From the NCBI GenBank assembly GCA_963676915.2, contig CAXXVK010000060.1, positions 1-64,000 of the forward strand: a DNA stretch of 64,000 nt, given 5' to 3'. Source of the DNA: Myxococcota bacterium. GTDB taxonomy: Bacteria; Myxococcota_A; SURF-8; G963663525. Numbering within the stretch: position 1 is the first letter of the stretch; each line of letters opens with the position of its first letter. Shown here in pieces: positions 40,403-49,849 of this stretch. Below the pieces are notes generated by a model. It was given only the letters and a program-made list of their open reading frames with translations, was not told the DNA's origin and made no database searches. The translations under genes and the position numbers were made by a program.

Positions 40403-42490
40403 TCAGCCGACGAAACGCCATAGGTAGAACACCAACAGTGAAACGCCGATCACGAACGACAACAAGTACGTTTGCACGTTGCCGGTCTGGAGCACCCGAA
40501 TTCCCTGCCCGACGTTGTACGCCACGGCGGAGGTTACCCAGGTAAGAGCGCCATCGATGATCCAGGCGTCCACCATTCTCCACAGGAACACCGAGAAATT
40601 GACGATTGGACGAATGAACGCATAGAAATAGGCTTCATCGACCCAGTACTTGTTGTGAATCAACTGGTAGACGAAGTTGTCGTTGGGTTGCCACTTCCAG
40701 TCCGGTTTCTTCCCGTAAATCACCCAGGCCAGCGCGATACCGGCGCAAGCGATGCCAACCGACACGAACATCATGATCCATTCCCAGGTATGTTCGCTCT
40801 CCTCGGCGATACGGCTGACCATCTGAGCCTCACCCGTAAGCACGTGGTGCAGGTTGAGATGGAAGAGGTTGGGAACGTGGAAGATCGCAGGCATCCCCAC
40901 CCAGCCGCCGACCACCGCCAGCCCGGCCAGAATGATCAAAGGCCAGGTCATCGAAGCCGGAGACTCGTGAATTTTCTTTTGGAAATCAGCCGGTTGGCGA
41001 CATTCGCCCCGGAAGGTCAGGAAGTACAGCCGGAACATGTAAAACGCCGTAAATCCTGCGGCTATCGCACCGACCACCCACAACAGGACGGGCAACCAAG
41101 GTAGCACCGTGTTCTGGTTGGCGAAGGCGTGCCAGAGAATTTCGTCTTTACTGAAAAACGCGGCAAACGGCGGTAAACCTGCGATGGCAATGCAGGAAAT
41201 GAAGAATGTCCAGTGCGTTTTCGGCATGAACTTGGCCAATCCGCCCATTTTGCGAATATCCTGCTCCTCATGCATACCGTGAATGACCGAACCGGAACCC
41301 AAAAAGAGGCAAGCCTTGAAAAAGGCGTGGGTCATCAGATGGAAAATACCGGCGGTGAAGGCTCCGACGCCGACCGCCAGGAACATGTAACCAAGCTGGC
41401 TAACCGTAGAATACGCCAGCACTTTTTTGATATCGTACTGGAACAGCCCGATGGTCGCGGCAAACAACGCCGTCAACGCACCGACGATCGCTACAACCGT
41501 CATGGCCTCGGGAGTCGCCACATACAGGAAGTTCATCCGGGCAATGAGGTAGACACCGGCGGTGACCATCGTAGCGGCGTGGATCAGGGCCGAAACCGGA
41601 GTGGGACCGGCCATGGCGTCCGGCAACCAGACAAACAACGGAATCTGTGCTGATTTACCGGTGCAGCCCAGGAACAGAAACAGCCCGATAGCGGTTGCAG
41701 TACCTGCACCGAAAATCGTGGCAGTCGCCGGGTTCAGGATTTTGTCCATATTGGCGGCGATCTCTTCATACACGAGAGTGCCGGTCGCCTGGAAAATCAG
41801 GAACATACCAAGCAGTACGCCGATATCACCAATACGGTTGACGATAAACGCTTTTTTTCCGGCGCTGGCGTTGGCGTGATCCTCGAACCAGAAGCCGATC
41901 AGCAGGTACGAACACAGCCCGACACCTTCCCAACCGATGAAGGTCAGCGGCATGGAATTCCCGAGAACCAGCACCAGCATGGCAAAGGTGAACAAATTCA
42001 AGTAGGTAAAGAAGCGATTGTGACCTGGATCGTGAGCGATATACCCGATGGAATAGATGTGGATCAACGAACCGACACCTGTAACGACCAGGATCATCAC
42101 ACCCGAAAGCGCGTCCAACCGGAAAGTCACGTCGAGACTGAAAGCACCCGCCGAAAGCCACTTGTACAGGGTTACGTCAATGTGCTCTATTCCCTGGCTT
42201 TTCAATGAAATGAAAAGAACCACGCTGAAAATGAACGACACGATCGGCGCGCCGACAGCGATGACGACCGTCAGTAGCTTGGGCATATGCCGCACGAAGA
42301 TGCCGTTGATCAGCGCTCCGAAAGCGGGCATCAACGGAATCAACGCCAGCCAGAGCAACTTGACCTGACTCGCTTCGGCGCTCAATCCCGTAATCAAAAC
42401 TACGGCGGCGACGAATAATGCGATCCAGAACGCCGACCAGTAACTCAACTCGTCGTGTCCGTGTTCGTGTTCGTTGTGCGTATCCGACAT
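40403..42490 (-). CDS. nuoL: NADH-quinone oxidoreductase subunit L
   Basis: GWEGVGLCSYLLIGFW, NRIGD, GKSAQIPL..WLPDAMAGPTPVSALIHAATMV, HAFFKA, QTGNVQTY. Confidence 0.96.
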   Translation of the reverse strand: MSDTHNEHEHGHDELSYWSAFWIALFVAAVVLITGLSAEASQVKLLWLALIPLMPAFGALINGIFVRHMPKLLTVVIAVGAPIVSFIFSVVLFISLKSQGIEHIDVTLYKWLSAGAFSLDVTFRLDALSGVMILVVTGVGSLIHIYSIGYIAHDPGHNRFFTYLNLFTFAMLVLVLGNSMPLTFIGWEGVGLCSYLLIGFWFEDHANASAGKKAFIVNRIGDIGVLLGMFLIFQATGTLVYEEIAANMDKILNPATATIFGAGTATAIGLFLFLGCTGKSAQIPLFVWLPDAMAGPTPVSALIHAATMVTAGVYLIARMNFLYVATPEAMTVVAIVGALTALFAATIGLFQYDIKKVLAYSTVSQLGYMFLAVGVGAFTAGIFHLMTHAFFKACLFLGSGSVIHGMHEEQDIRKMGGLAKFMPKTHWTFFISCIAIAGLPPFAAFFSKDEILWHAFANQNTVLPWLPVLLWVVGAIAAGFTAFYMFRLYFLTFRGECRQPADFQKKIHESPASMTWPLIILAGLAVVGGWVGMPAIFHVPNLFHLNLHHVLTGEAQMVSRIAEESEHTWEWIMMFVSVGIACAGIALAWVIYGKKPDWKWQPNDNFVYQLIHNKYWVDEAYFYAFIRPIVNFSVFLWRMVDAWIIDGALTWVTSAVAYNVGQGIRVLQTGNVQTYLLSFVIGVSLLVFYLWRFVG

Positions 42491-42556
42491 AAGTCGCTCC
42501 CTGGCAAATTGCTGGCTTTACCGATCTCTAAGAATTCCGGTAAAGCGGGTTTCTGA

Positions 42557-42874
42557 CTAATGTTTCAGCGTCGTGGCTTCATCCACATAGACCGTCTTCT
42601 TCTGCCTGAACAAGGCGACGAAAATCGCCAGCCCCACCGCCGCTTCGGCAGCGGCTACCGCCATTACGAAAAAGACCATCACATGGGCGTTTTCCTGTCC
42701 CAATTGCCGTGCGAAGGCGATGAAGGTCAGGTTGGCGGCGTTGAGCATCAGTTCGATACACATGAAAACGATCAGCCCATTCTTGCGTAACAGCACGCCC
42801 ACCGTTCCCAACATGAACAGCACGGCAGCCAGAACGAGATAATGATTGGTGGTGATATGAGTCAACCAGGACAT
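42557..42874 (-). CDS. nuoK: NADH-quinone oxidoreductase subunit K
   Basis: MCIELMLNAANL, VAAAEAAVGLAI; AAGGAG RBS before ATG 42874. Confidence 0.95.
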   Translation of the reverse strand: MSWLTHITTNHYLVLAAVLFMLGTVGVLLRKNGLIVFMCIELMLNAANLTFIAFARQLGQENAHVMVFFVMAVAAAEAAVGLAIFVALFRQKKTVYVDEATTLKH

Positions 42875-42887
42875 GACGCTCTCCTTG

Positions 42888-43379
42888 TTAAATCCTGCGC
42901 TTCGCGATGACGACCGCTCCAACAACAGCGGCAAGCAGCAGAATGGCCACCGCCTGGAAAGCGAGCATGTATTTGGTGAACAGCAACCAGGCGACGTGCT
43001 CCATGTTGCCGAAATCAGCCGCGATTTCCGCAGCGGCGGGCAACGCCGTGGACACGATGGCAATCAGTTGCGACAACAAGCCAACGCAGAACAGAACACC
43101 GATGACTTTGACCACTTTATGGCGTCTCAGCCCCAGTTCTTCCCGGCGCAGATTGAGCAGCATGATGACGAAAACGAACAGCACCATGATAGCTCCGGCG
43201 TAGACCATCACCTGAGTCACGGCGATGAACGTCGCCTCCAGGATCACGTACAATCCCGCCGTGCAAAACAGAACGACGATCAGCGAAAGCGCCGAAGAGA
43301 TCGGATTCTTGTGGAAAATCATCATGGTAGCCATTACCACAGCTACCAGCGCCAATATCCAGAACATCAGGGCTTCCAT
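42888..43379 (-). CDS. nuoJ: NADH-quinone oxidoreductase subunit J
   Basis: NPISSAL, QVMVYAGAIMVLFVFVIMLL, LLLAAVVGAVVIA. Confidence 0.95.
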   Translation of the reverse strand: MEALMFWILALVAVVMATMMIFHKNPISSALSLIVVLFCTAGLYVILEATFIAVTQVMVYAGAIMVLFVFVIMLLNLRREELGLRRHKVVKVIGVLFCVGLLSQLIAIVSTALPAAAEIAADFGNMEHVAWLLFTKYMLAFQAVAILLLAAVVGAVVIAKRRI

Positions 43380-43528
43380 AATCGGTTTTCGCTCCTCTTG
43401 CCCCTGCTACCGGGGTTCGGCTTCCCGAAAAGGGAAGAAAATCGGGAACTTCGAGTCGTTCTGCCTTTACCGGGGCACGAACGATCCGGCCCGTTGTCTC
43501 GACAACCTCGCGAGGTCGTCGAAACGCA

Positions 43529-45232
43529 TCAATCGTGTCCAGGCTGGTTTTCGGTGTCCCGAGACAGCTTGGTGCTTAGTGTATCGATCAGTTTCTTTTC
43601 TTTTTCGAACGCTTCTTCGTCTTTTGGCAACGGACCTTCGTCCCCGATGCCGACACCGAGCAAACCCAGCATGTCCCAGGTCAACCCCTTGAAAAGCGCC
43701 GTATCTTCCACCATTTTCCCGAAAACGTCCCGCGCCTTGAGCGGAAGTTTCCAGTCATTCAGCACTGCCTTGGCCAGCAGATTCAGCCATTGCCGCTCGC
43801 CCAACGCATCGCCGGGACAAGGCACGGCCTTGCGCAGCCGTTGGATGATCCGCCGGTCGCAGACAAACGTTCCGGCCTTTTCAACCCATACCGCACCGGG
43901 CAGCACGAGATCGGCGGCTTCGGCCAGCGGAGTTTCGTTGGTCGCTTCGAGGGCGAAAAAGTCGAGCGCTTTCAGTGCGTTCTTTACCTTCTCGTCCTCG
44001 AATTCCGCGCGATCAAAGGTTTCCTGGAAACTGACCAGCACCTTGACCTCGCCGCCCTGAATCGCCTGGAACAGCGCCTCGGCATCGTCGGTAAGTCCGA
44101 GCATCCGGCCACCGGTGGAGTTGGGATAGGGGTCCGTAGACACCATCGTTTCCTTCAACGGCCCGGAATGGACATCCACGATGGGTTTCGTATTCGTTCC
44201 CGGCGTGAAAAAGACCTTGGCGCCCAGCGCGTCGGCCAATTGCTTGGTCAGCCACAATTCTTCGGTGGTCAGTTTGGGCGACAGCACAAATGCGGTTTTG
44301 TTCCCGCCAGCCTTGCCGATAGCTTCGGACAGCTTTTGCACGGCGTCCTCGGTCGAAACCGTCTGCCCCTTGACCTGACAGGTTTCGACACGATTTTGCG
44401 TGAAATGATCGATGTTCAGCCGTTCGGCGTCGGGCATCCAGATGTAATTGACCTGATCGTTCTCACGCGGTCGCAGGCGCATGACTTTTTTGGTGCGGTA
44501 GTTCACATCGACGAAAACGTTGACGCCGATCGAACTGGAACCCGAAATCGAAGGCACCGGCACCAGATCCCAGACACGAGCCTTGGCGCGAAGTTGCTTG
44601 TCACCCAACGCACCCACCGGGCAGATATCCACGGCGTTGAGGACGAAATCGCTCTCGAACGCATCTTTGTAAGTGTGGATTTTCAGGTTGTGACCCCTGA
44701 ACGTTCGCCCTAGTTCCATTTCTCCCGCACGTTCCGCCAGAAAACGGACGCAGCGCGTGCAATTGACGCAACGGTTCATTTCGACAAAGACTTTGGACCC
44801 GAGATCCAAACGCTTGTGAACCCGTTTTTCGTCGTGAAAACGCTCGGTTCGGCTTTTTCCCGAACCATAGCTATACGTGTAGCTTTGCAGCTTGCACTCG
44901 TAGGCTTTGTCGCATACGGGACAGTCCAGCGGGTGGTTGGCCAGCAAAAATTCCAGCACGCCGCGCCGGATGGTGTCCAGCTTTTCGTTTTTCGTGTCCA
45001 CTTTCATGCCATCGGAGACGATCGTGGCGCAGGTGGCCATCGGCTTCGGAGGGCCGGGTTCGATCATCGCCAGGCACATACGGCAGTTTCCGGAAACGGA
45101 AAGATGCTTGTGCCAGCAGAAATACGGAATGGGCACGCCCACCCGTTTCGCCGCCTCCAGAACGCTGATTCCTGCGGGAACCTCGTGTTCGACGCCATCG
45201 AAAGTGATCGTTACGGTTTCTTTTTCCGTCAT
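43529..45232 (-). CDS. nuoG: NADH-quinone oxidoreductase subunit G (short form)
   Basis: FCWH..LSVSGNCRMC, NHPLDCPVCDKAYEC, RCVNCTRCVRF, DICPVGAL. Confidence 0.93.
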   Translation of the reverse strand: MTEKETVTITFDGVEHEVPAGISVLEAAKRVGVPIPYFCWHKHLSVSGNCRMCLAMIEPGPPKPMATCATIVSDGMKVDTKNEKLDTIRRGVLEFLLANHPLDCPVCDKAYECKLQSYTYSYGSGKSRTERFHDEKRVHKRLDLGSKVFVEMNRCVNCTRCVRFLAERAGEMELGRTFRGHNLKIHTYKDAFESDFVLNAVDICPVGALGDKQLRAKARVWDLVPVPSISGSSSIGVNVFVDVNYRTKKVMRLRPRENDQVNYIWMPDAERLNIDHFTQNRVETCQVKGQTVSTEDAVQKLSEAIGKAGGNKTAFVLSPKLTTEELWLTKQLADALGAKVFFTPGTNTKPIVDVHSGPLKETMVSTDPYPNSTGGRMLGLTDDAEALFQAIQGGEVKVLVSFQETFDRAEFEDEKVKNALKALDFFALEATNETPLAEAADLVLPGAVWVEKAGTFVCDRRIIQRLRKAVPCPGDALGERQWLNLLAKAVLNDWKLPLKARDVFGKMVEDTALFKGLTWDMLGLLGVGIGDEGPLPKDEEAFEKEKKLIDTLSTKLSRDTENQPGHD

Positions 45233-45262
45233 CGGAACTCCGCCTTGACTCCCAAACGGGGA

Positions 45263-46558
45263 TTAGAGAGCGCCGCCCTTGGGGCAACGGCCTTCCCGGA
45301 TGTGTGCTTCCCAATCGTCCCGGAACTTGTCGATGTATTGCCGGATCGGCCAACCGACCGAATCGGCCAGCACGCAGATCGTCGTTCCCATCATGTTCCC
45401 GCCGATCTCGTACAAAGTTTCCAGGTCGCCTTCCCGGCCTTCCCCGGCTTCGATCCGCTGAACGAACCTGTGAACCACCTCCGTACCTTCCCGGCACGGG
45501 GTGCATTGTCCGCAAGATTCGTGCGAATAAAAATGTGTAAGGTTTTCAAATACTTTGACCATACAAGAGCGATCCCCGATCACGATCGTGCCACCCGATC
45601 CCAACATGGAATTGGCCTTGGCCAGCGAGTCGTAATCCAGGGAAATGTCGCATTCGTCCGGCAACAGCGGAGGGCAGGACGAACCGCCCGGAATCACGGC
45701 CTGAAGTTCCATGCCATCGATCAGTCCGCCGCAGTAATCGAAAACCAGTTCGTTCAAGTTGGTGCCCATCGGCAGTTCGAACAATCCACGATTTTTCACG
45801 TGTCCCGACACGCTGAACAGTCGGGTGCCGCCGTTTTTCTCACAACCCAGACCGGCATAGGTTTCACCGCCCTCGTTGATGATGAACGGCACCGAAGAGA
45901 TGGACTCAACGTTGTTGACCGTCGTAGGCATCCCAAACGCACCTGAAGCGGCGGGGAACGGCGGTTTCATGCGAGGCTCGCCCCGGCGACCTTCGATGCT
46001 GTTGAGCATCGCGGTCTCTTCACCGCAGATATACGCGCCCGCTCCGGTGGCTACACACATATGCAGGCTGTGCTTGCTACCCAGAATGTTGTCCCCGAGA
46101 TAGCCTTTGGCCTTGGCTTCGGCAATGGCCTGCTTGAGAATTTCCTTTTCTTCCCACATCTCGGCACGGACGTAAACGATGCACCAGGTAGCGCGCAGGG
46201 CATACGTCGCGATGATCGCGCCTTCCACCAGTTGGTGGGGGTCCCAACGGACGAGGTAGCGGTCTTTGAAGGTACCCGGCTCGCCTTCGTCGCAGTTGAT
46301 GCACAAAAACGAGGGACGATCGGGACTGGGTTCCTTGGGCATGAAGGTCCACTTGATTCCGGTGGGGAATCCCGCGCCGCCACGGCCTCGAAGACCCGAT
46401 TTCTTGACTTCCTCGATCACGTCGTCACGTGACATTTTCAGCGCCTTTTTCAAGGCGCGGTAGCCACCGTTTTTCTCGTACACCCCTAAGGTGTGGGAAT
46501 CTTCGATTCCGAAACGGGAACTGACGACCGGACCGGTTTTGTATACCTTGACTTCCAT
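45263..46558 (-). CDS. nuoF: NADH-quinone oxidoreductase subunit F
   Basis: SGLRGRGGAGFPTG, NCDEGEPGTFKD, GAGAYICGEETA, ESCGQCTPCREG, TIC. Confidence 0.97.
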   Translation of the reverse strand: MEVKVYKTGPVVSSRFGIEDSHTLGVYEKNGGYRALKKALKMSRDDVIEEVKKSGLRGRGGAGFPTGIKWTFMPKEPSPDRPSFLCINCDEGEPGTFKDRYLVRWDPHQLVEGAIIATYALRATWCIVYVRAEMWEEKEILKQAIAEAKAKGYLGDNILGSKHSLHMCVATGAGAYICGEETAMLNSIEGRRGEPRMKPPFPAASGAFGMPTTVNNVESISSVPFIINEGGETYAGLGCEKNGGTRLFSVSGHVKNRGLFELPMGTNLNELVFDYCGGLIDGMELQAVIPGGSSCPPLLPDECDISLDYDSLAKANSMLGSGGTIVIGDRSCMVKVFENLTHFYSHESCGQCTPCREGTEVVHRFVQRIEAGEGREGDLETLYEIGGNMMGTTICVLADSVGWPIRQYIDKFRDDWEAHIREGRCPKGGAL

Positions 46559-46566
46559 CGTGGCCT

Positions 46567-47040
46567 CTACTCCAGACTGTCGAGGATCTTGTCCAGCTTT
46601 TCGACGGTGACGTTTTCGTATGTATCTTTATTGATCAACATGGCTGGACCGGTCCCGCAAAGCGCCAGACATTCGGCGGTTTCCAGGCTGAACTTTCCGT
46701 CGGGAGTCACTTTGCCCGGTTTCAGGCCGTATTTCTCCTCCAGGTGTTCGAGCAGGGTCATCGATCCGTACATGGCGCAAGAAAGCGTCCGGCAGATCTG
46801 AATGTGGTGCCGTCCGACTTTCTCCCGTTTGTATAGATGGTAGAAGCTGGCGACGGATTCCACGTGCATACGTGGCAACTCCAGCCGTTCGGCCACCAAG
46901 TCGAGCGCCTCGGGGGGCAGATAGCCGAACTGGTCCTGTGCCACCCAAAGCGTTGGCAACAGGCAAGCCATCTTATTGTAATAAGTCTCTTCGAACTCTT
47001 TGACTTTCGCTTCAGACTCGGGGGTGAATTCAAGGGCCAT
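46567..47040 (-). CDS. nuoE: NADH-quinone oxidoreductase subunit E
   Basis: VASFY, CRTLSC, ECLALC..GP [2Fe-2S] motif. Confidence 0.95.
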   Translation of the reverse strand: MALEFTPESEAKVKEFEETYYNKMACLLPTLWVAQDQFGYLPPEALDLVAERLELPRMHVESVASFYHLYKREKVGRHHIQICRTLSCAMYGSMTLLEHLEEKYGLKPGKVTPDGKFSLETAECLALCGTGPAMLINKDTYENVTVEKLDKILDSLE

Positions 47041-47416
47041 GTCGTGCCTCTGATCAAACGTAACAATAACCCGCCGCGACGAAAGTTATCGCCAATAAAA
47101 ACAGAATGTTATACACCGAACGACGGGCATGAAAACGGGGTCGTCTGCCATAATAATGGCATAGCATTGGTAACTTACATCACGCCAAGTGTCAAGATTT
47201 TTCCCTGTCCGGGCACCCCCCCGAACCCACCTGGTCAAACTTAATCTGCTGTTTTTACACAGGTTTTTGCATTTCCCCACGGTGAACAGACTTTATAGAC
47301 CTCACGCAGGGATCAACGGAAGATCCATAACCTGACGGTTGATGACAATACCTTGCATTTCAACGTGCTTTGACGCGAAAAAAAGCAAATACTGACATTT
47401 GTGAAGGGAAGAGGAA

Positions 47417-47713
47417 TCAATCCGTTTCGGATTCTTCCGGGAAACAGATATCGGGGATACGGGCGCAGCTTTCGTCGAGAATGCAGGCCGAAAGGTCGAG
47501 ATTCAACGACAAACCCGGTCGCGAGCACTGGTAATCGCAGGTGGCCGAATCATCCACCCAATCGTTGTCGCAGGATTCGAGCTTTTTGCAGACCTTGACG
47601 CACCTAGCTTTCAGACTGGCGTCATCGCCGCATGCCATTGCGAAAATGGCCAGCAGAATCCCGGCAAGTGGCCGGGTCAGCCTACAGCGCAGGGGTTTGT
47701 GCTCGAAAAACAT
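47417..47713 (-). CDS. Small Cys-rich lipoprotein
   Basis: Lipobox AMAC, then CxxxCxxxxxC..CxxxC..C..C..C; paralogous pattern to its neighbour. Confidence 0.6.
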   Translation of the reverse strand: MFFEHKPLRCRLTRPLAGILLAIFAMACGDDASLKARCVKVCKKLESCDNDWVDDSATCDYQCSRPGLSLNLDLSACILDESCARIPDICFPEESETD

Positions 47714-47987
47714 CGTCGCTCCCGCAAGGTCGTTGAATTTCCGTCAAATTGTTGACGCAGTTGCTACTGGCGGATTCGATCAGGCATTCCAACGTATGGG
47801 CGTCGAACGTCAACGCCTGCTCGCAGTCGCTTCGGCAAAGATCCGCCTGAAAACGATCCTCGTCCACGCAACGGGCAACGGTGTCGCACATCTCCAGGCA
47901 GAGATCCAGACCATTCGAGAGTTCGTCATCCGAACAACCCGCCAGCATCAAACAAAGCATGAATGGAATGATATACCGCTTCATCAC
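47682..47987 (-). CDS. Small Cys-rich lipoprotein
   Basis: Lipobox LAGC, then CLEMCDTVARC..CRSDC..CLI..C..C. Confidence 0.65.
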   Translation of the reverse strand: MMKRYIIPFMLCLMLAGCSDDELSNGLDLCLEMCDTVARCVDEDRFQADLCRSDCEQALTFDAHTLECLIESASSNCVNNLTEIQRPCGSDDVFRAQTPAL

Positions 47988-48069
47988 CGGCCCGAGATAA
48001 TATATTTAATATCTTTTAACACAACAAGCGGAAGCTGTCAAGACGGAACGTAGAAATCGACACGCAAAC

Positions 48070-48272
48070 GGGTGCATCAAAAAATAGTGCAACTTTCGTA
48101 AAATCCTCTTTTTTCGTAGCGGCGAGGCGTAAGCCCGCCGTTTTTGCCTTTTGAAAGTTGCTTTTATGCCCCCAATCTCCCTTTTCGGCGGGCTTACGCC
48201 TCGCCGCTACAACCAAATGAATGAATGATTCAATATTATTGGGCCAATTCGCACCATTTTGTGATGCACCCC
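48070..48272. mobile_element. MITE-like element: outer TIRs enclosing a GTAG REP doublet (family B)
   Basis: Ends GGGTGCATCAAAAAATAGTGCAA / TTCGCACCATTTTGTGATGCACCC; inner perfect 25-bp inverted pair GTAGCGGCGAGGCGTAAGCCCGCCG (48116-48140) / CGGCGGGCTTACGCCTCGCCGCTAC (48186-48210); partial copies at 20978 and 26924. Confidence 0.75.
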
Positions 48273-48318
48273 ACACAAAACGAAAATCCCACCCGTCCGA
48301 ACCAAGTTTCAGATTCGA

Positions 48319-48357
48319 CAAACCGAAAGGGCCAGGCTTTCACCTGACCCTTTTCGG
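48319..48357 (-). terminator. Probable terminator after the porin gene
   Basis: CCGAAAGGGCCAGG-loop-CCTGACCCTTTTCGG hairpin followed by TTT on the minus strand. Confidence 0.55.
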
Positions 48358-48398
48358 CTGCTTTCTTTGCAGGCTTTTCAGCCCGACCCTACCGGTAT

Positions 48399-49736
48399 TT
48401 ACAGCGTCGCTTGCAGACTCATACGAACCTGGTCCGTCGCGTCGCCCATATCGTTATCTCTGTAATAATGGTTGTAATCGGCCTTCAGTGCCAGACCGGT
48501 TCCGTGAATGTACCAGTTGACCCCGAAACCGATTTCGTCGAGATCGCCCAAGGTGCTGTCACCCATGCCGCGAACCTGTCCGTAACGTCCCGTAAATTCC
48601 ACAGGTGCCCAGGGAATGACGTACCCTAGCTGGGTGTACCAGCCATAGCCGTCACGGGGGTCTTCGCGGTCAACCAGCGGAGTTACACCATCGGTTTCGA
48701 ACAGCAGATTTCCGTTGTCATCCTCGGCCTGAACGCTGCCGTAATCGCGGGTTCCGTTGCGATAATAGAATTCGCCGTTGAGTGAAAATCCTTTGTATTT
48801 GAAATTCACGTCGGCGGTCAGAGCATGAAAATCGGTCGTGCCGCCATCATCCGGTGCACTTCCTTTGACGCCTTTGTCGTTTTTGGCATCGTCGATAAAC
48901 GCATAGGCCAGGCCGAAAGAAAGCCCCGGCGTTTCCATACGCTTGATATCTCCTTCGACGTAATCTTTGTAAAATCCCAGCGGCAGGTATTCGACACGAG
49001 CGAGGTAGAGCAGACCGAAATCGGACTCTTCGTAGCTCTCAAGACCTTCACCCAGAAATACTCCGGCCCGGTAGCGAAGTTTTTCCCAGCCTCCGAGATC
49101 GTCCGAGCGAAACTCCAAGCCCATATCACGATCCAGCGTAAACTCAAAGTTGCCGATCGAGCGATCCACGAACTGCAAGTTGCCGTATCCCATGATTCGT
49201 TGTTTGTTGAACGGAATCCGGTATTGACCGACCTGCACCGTGAAATCTCGCAGATAGTCGAAGGTGAAGTAATAGTCCATCACCGGTCCTTTGGTGGGCG
49301 CACCGTCTTTGTAGCCCATATCTTTGGGAGAAAAGCCCAATTGGAGCTTGTACTTGTTGTGTTTACCGAATACGTTGCCGGACATATACAGCCAGATCCG
49401 ACGCATGGTCATCGATTGCATCCAATCGTCGGTGCCGCGTGTCTTTCCTTTGGCCGTGGGACCGTCGCCCCCGGTGGCGGTATAGAGTAAATGACCGAAC
49501 AGCTTCAGTTTCAAACGAAAATCCCCATCCGTGCTGCGAATATCCAGACCTTTTCCGGGTTTGAATTCAGCCGTAGCTGCCGTTTTCGGTGCCGCTTTGA
49601 CGGCTTCGGGTGCTTTGGGAGTTTCCATCTGCAAGGCTGCGGCATCGCCCGCCTGGGTTTCTTCCGCATGAGTGACGTTGGAGAACGTCGTCACCAATGC
49701 CAGGATTACAACAACACTGTACATCATCGAACGCAT
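48399..49736 (-). CDS. Outer-membrane porin (OprO/OprP phosphate-selective porin-like)
   Basis: Signal peptide ..THA-EE, FKPGKGL..DGDF, MRRIWL..SG, VGQYRIPF, LQFVDRS, DRDMG, GVNWY, terminal beta-strand QVRMSLQATL. Confidence 0.8.
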   Translation of the reverse strand: MRSMMYSVVVILALVTTFSNVTHAEETQAGDAAALQMETPKAPEAVKAAPKTAATAEFKPGKGLDIRSTDGDFRLKLKLFGHLLYTATGGDGPTAKGKTRGTDDWMQSMTMRRIWLYMSGNVFGKHNKYKLQLGFSPKDMGYKDGAPTKGPVMDYYFTFDYLRDFTVQVGQYRIPFNKQRIMGYGNLQFVDRSIGNFEFTLDRDMGLEFRSDDLGGWEKLRYRAGVFLGEGLESYEESDFGLLYLARVEYLPLGFYKDYVEGDIKRMETPGLSFGLAYAFIDDAKNDKGVKGSAPDDGGTTDFHALTADVNFKYKGFSLNGEFYYRNGTRDYGSVQAEDDNGNLLFETDGVTPLVDREDPRDGYGWYTQLGYVIPWAPVEFTGRYGQVRGMGDSTLGDLDEIGFGVNWYIHGTGLALKADYNHYYRDNDMGDATDQVRMSLQATL

Positions 49737-49849
49737 GATAAAATCCCCTCTGGTTATGGTTGAACCGTTTGGCGCTACGGATTCGAATCGGGAACACAAA
49801 ACGCTATGAAATCTTTGCTGTTTCGCACCCGATCCGCTTCCGAGAGGAG

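Noticed and set aside
43490-43531. UGA stop of nuoG followed by a strong hairpin as a selenocysteine/SECIS signal
   Set aside because: The UGA lies after a complete-looking C-terminus and not at a Cys-equivalent position, and the read-through sequence has no recognisable domain.
47157-47172. sigma54 promoter-like TGGCATAGCATTGGT
   Set aside because: The -12 GC is missing and it points away from the nuo operon with no gene downstream on that strand.
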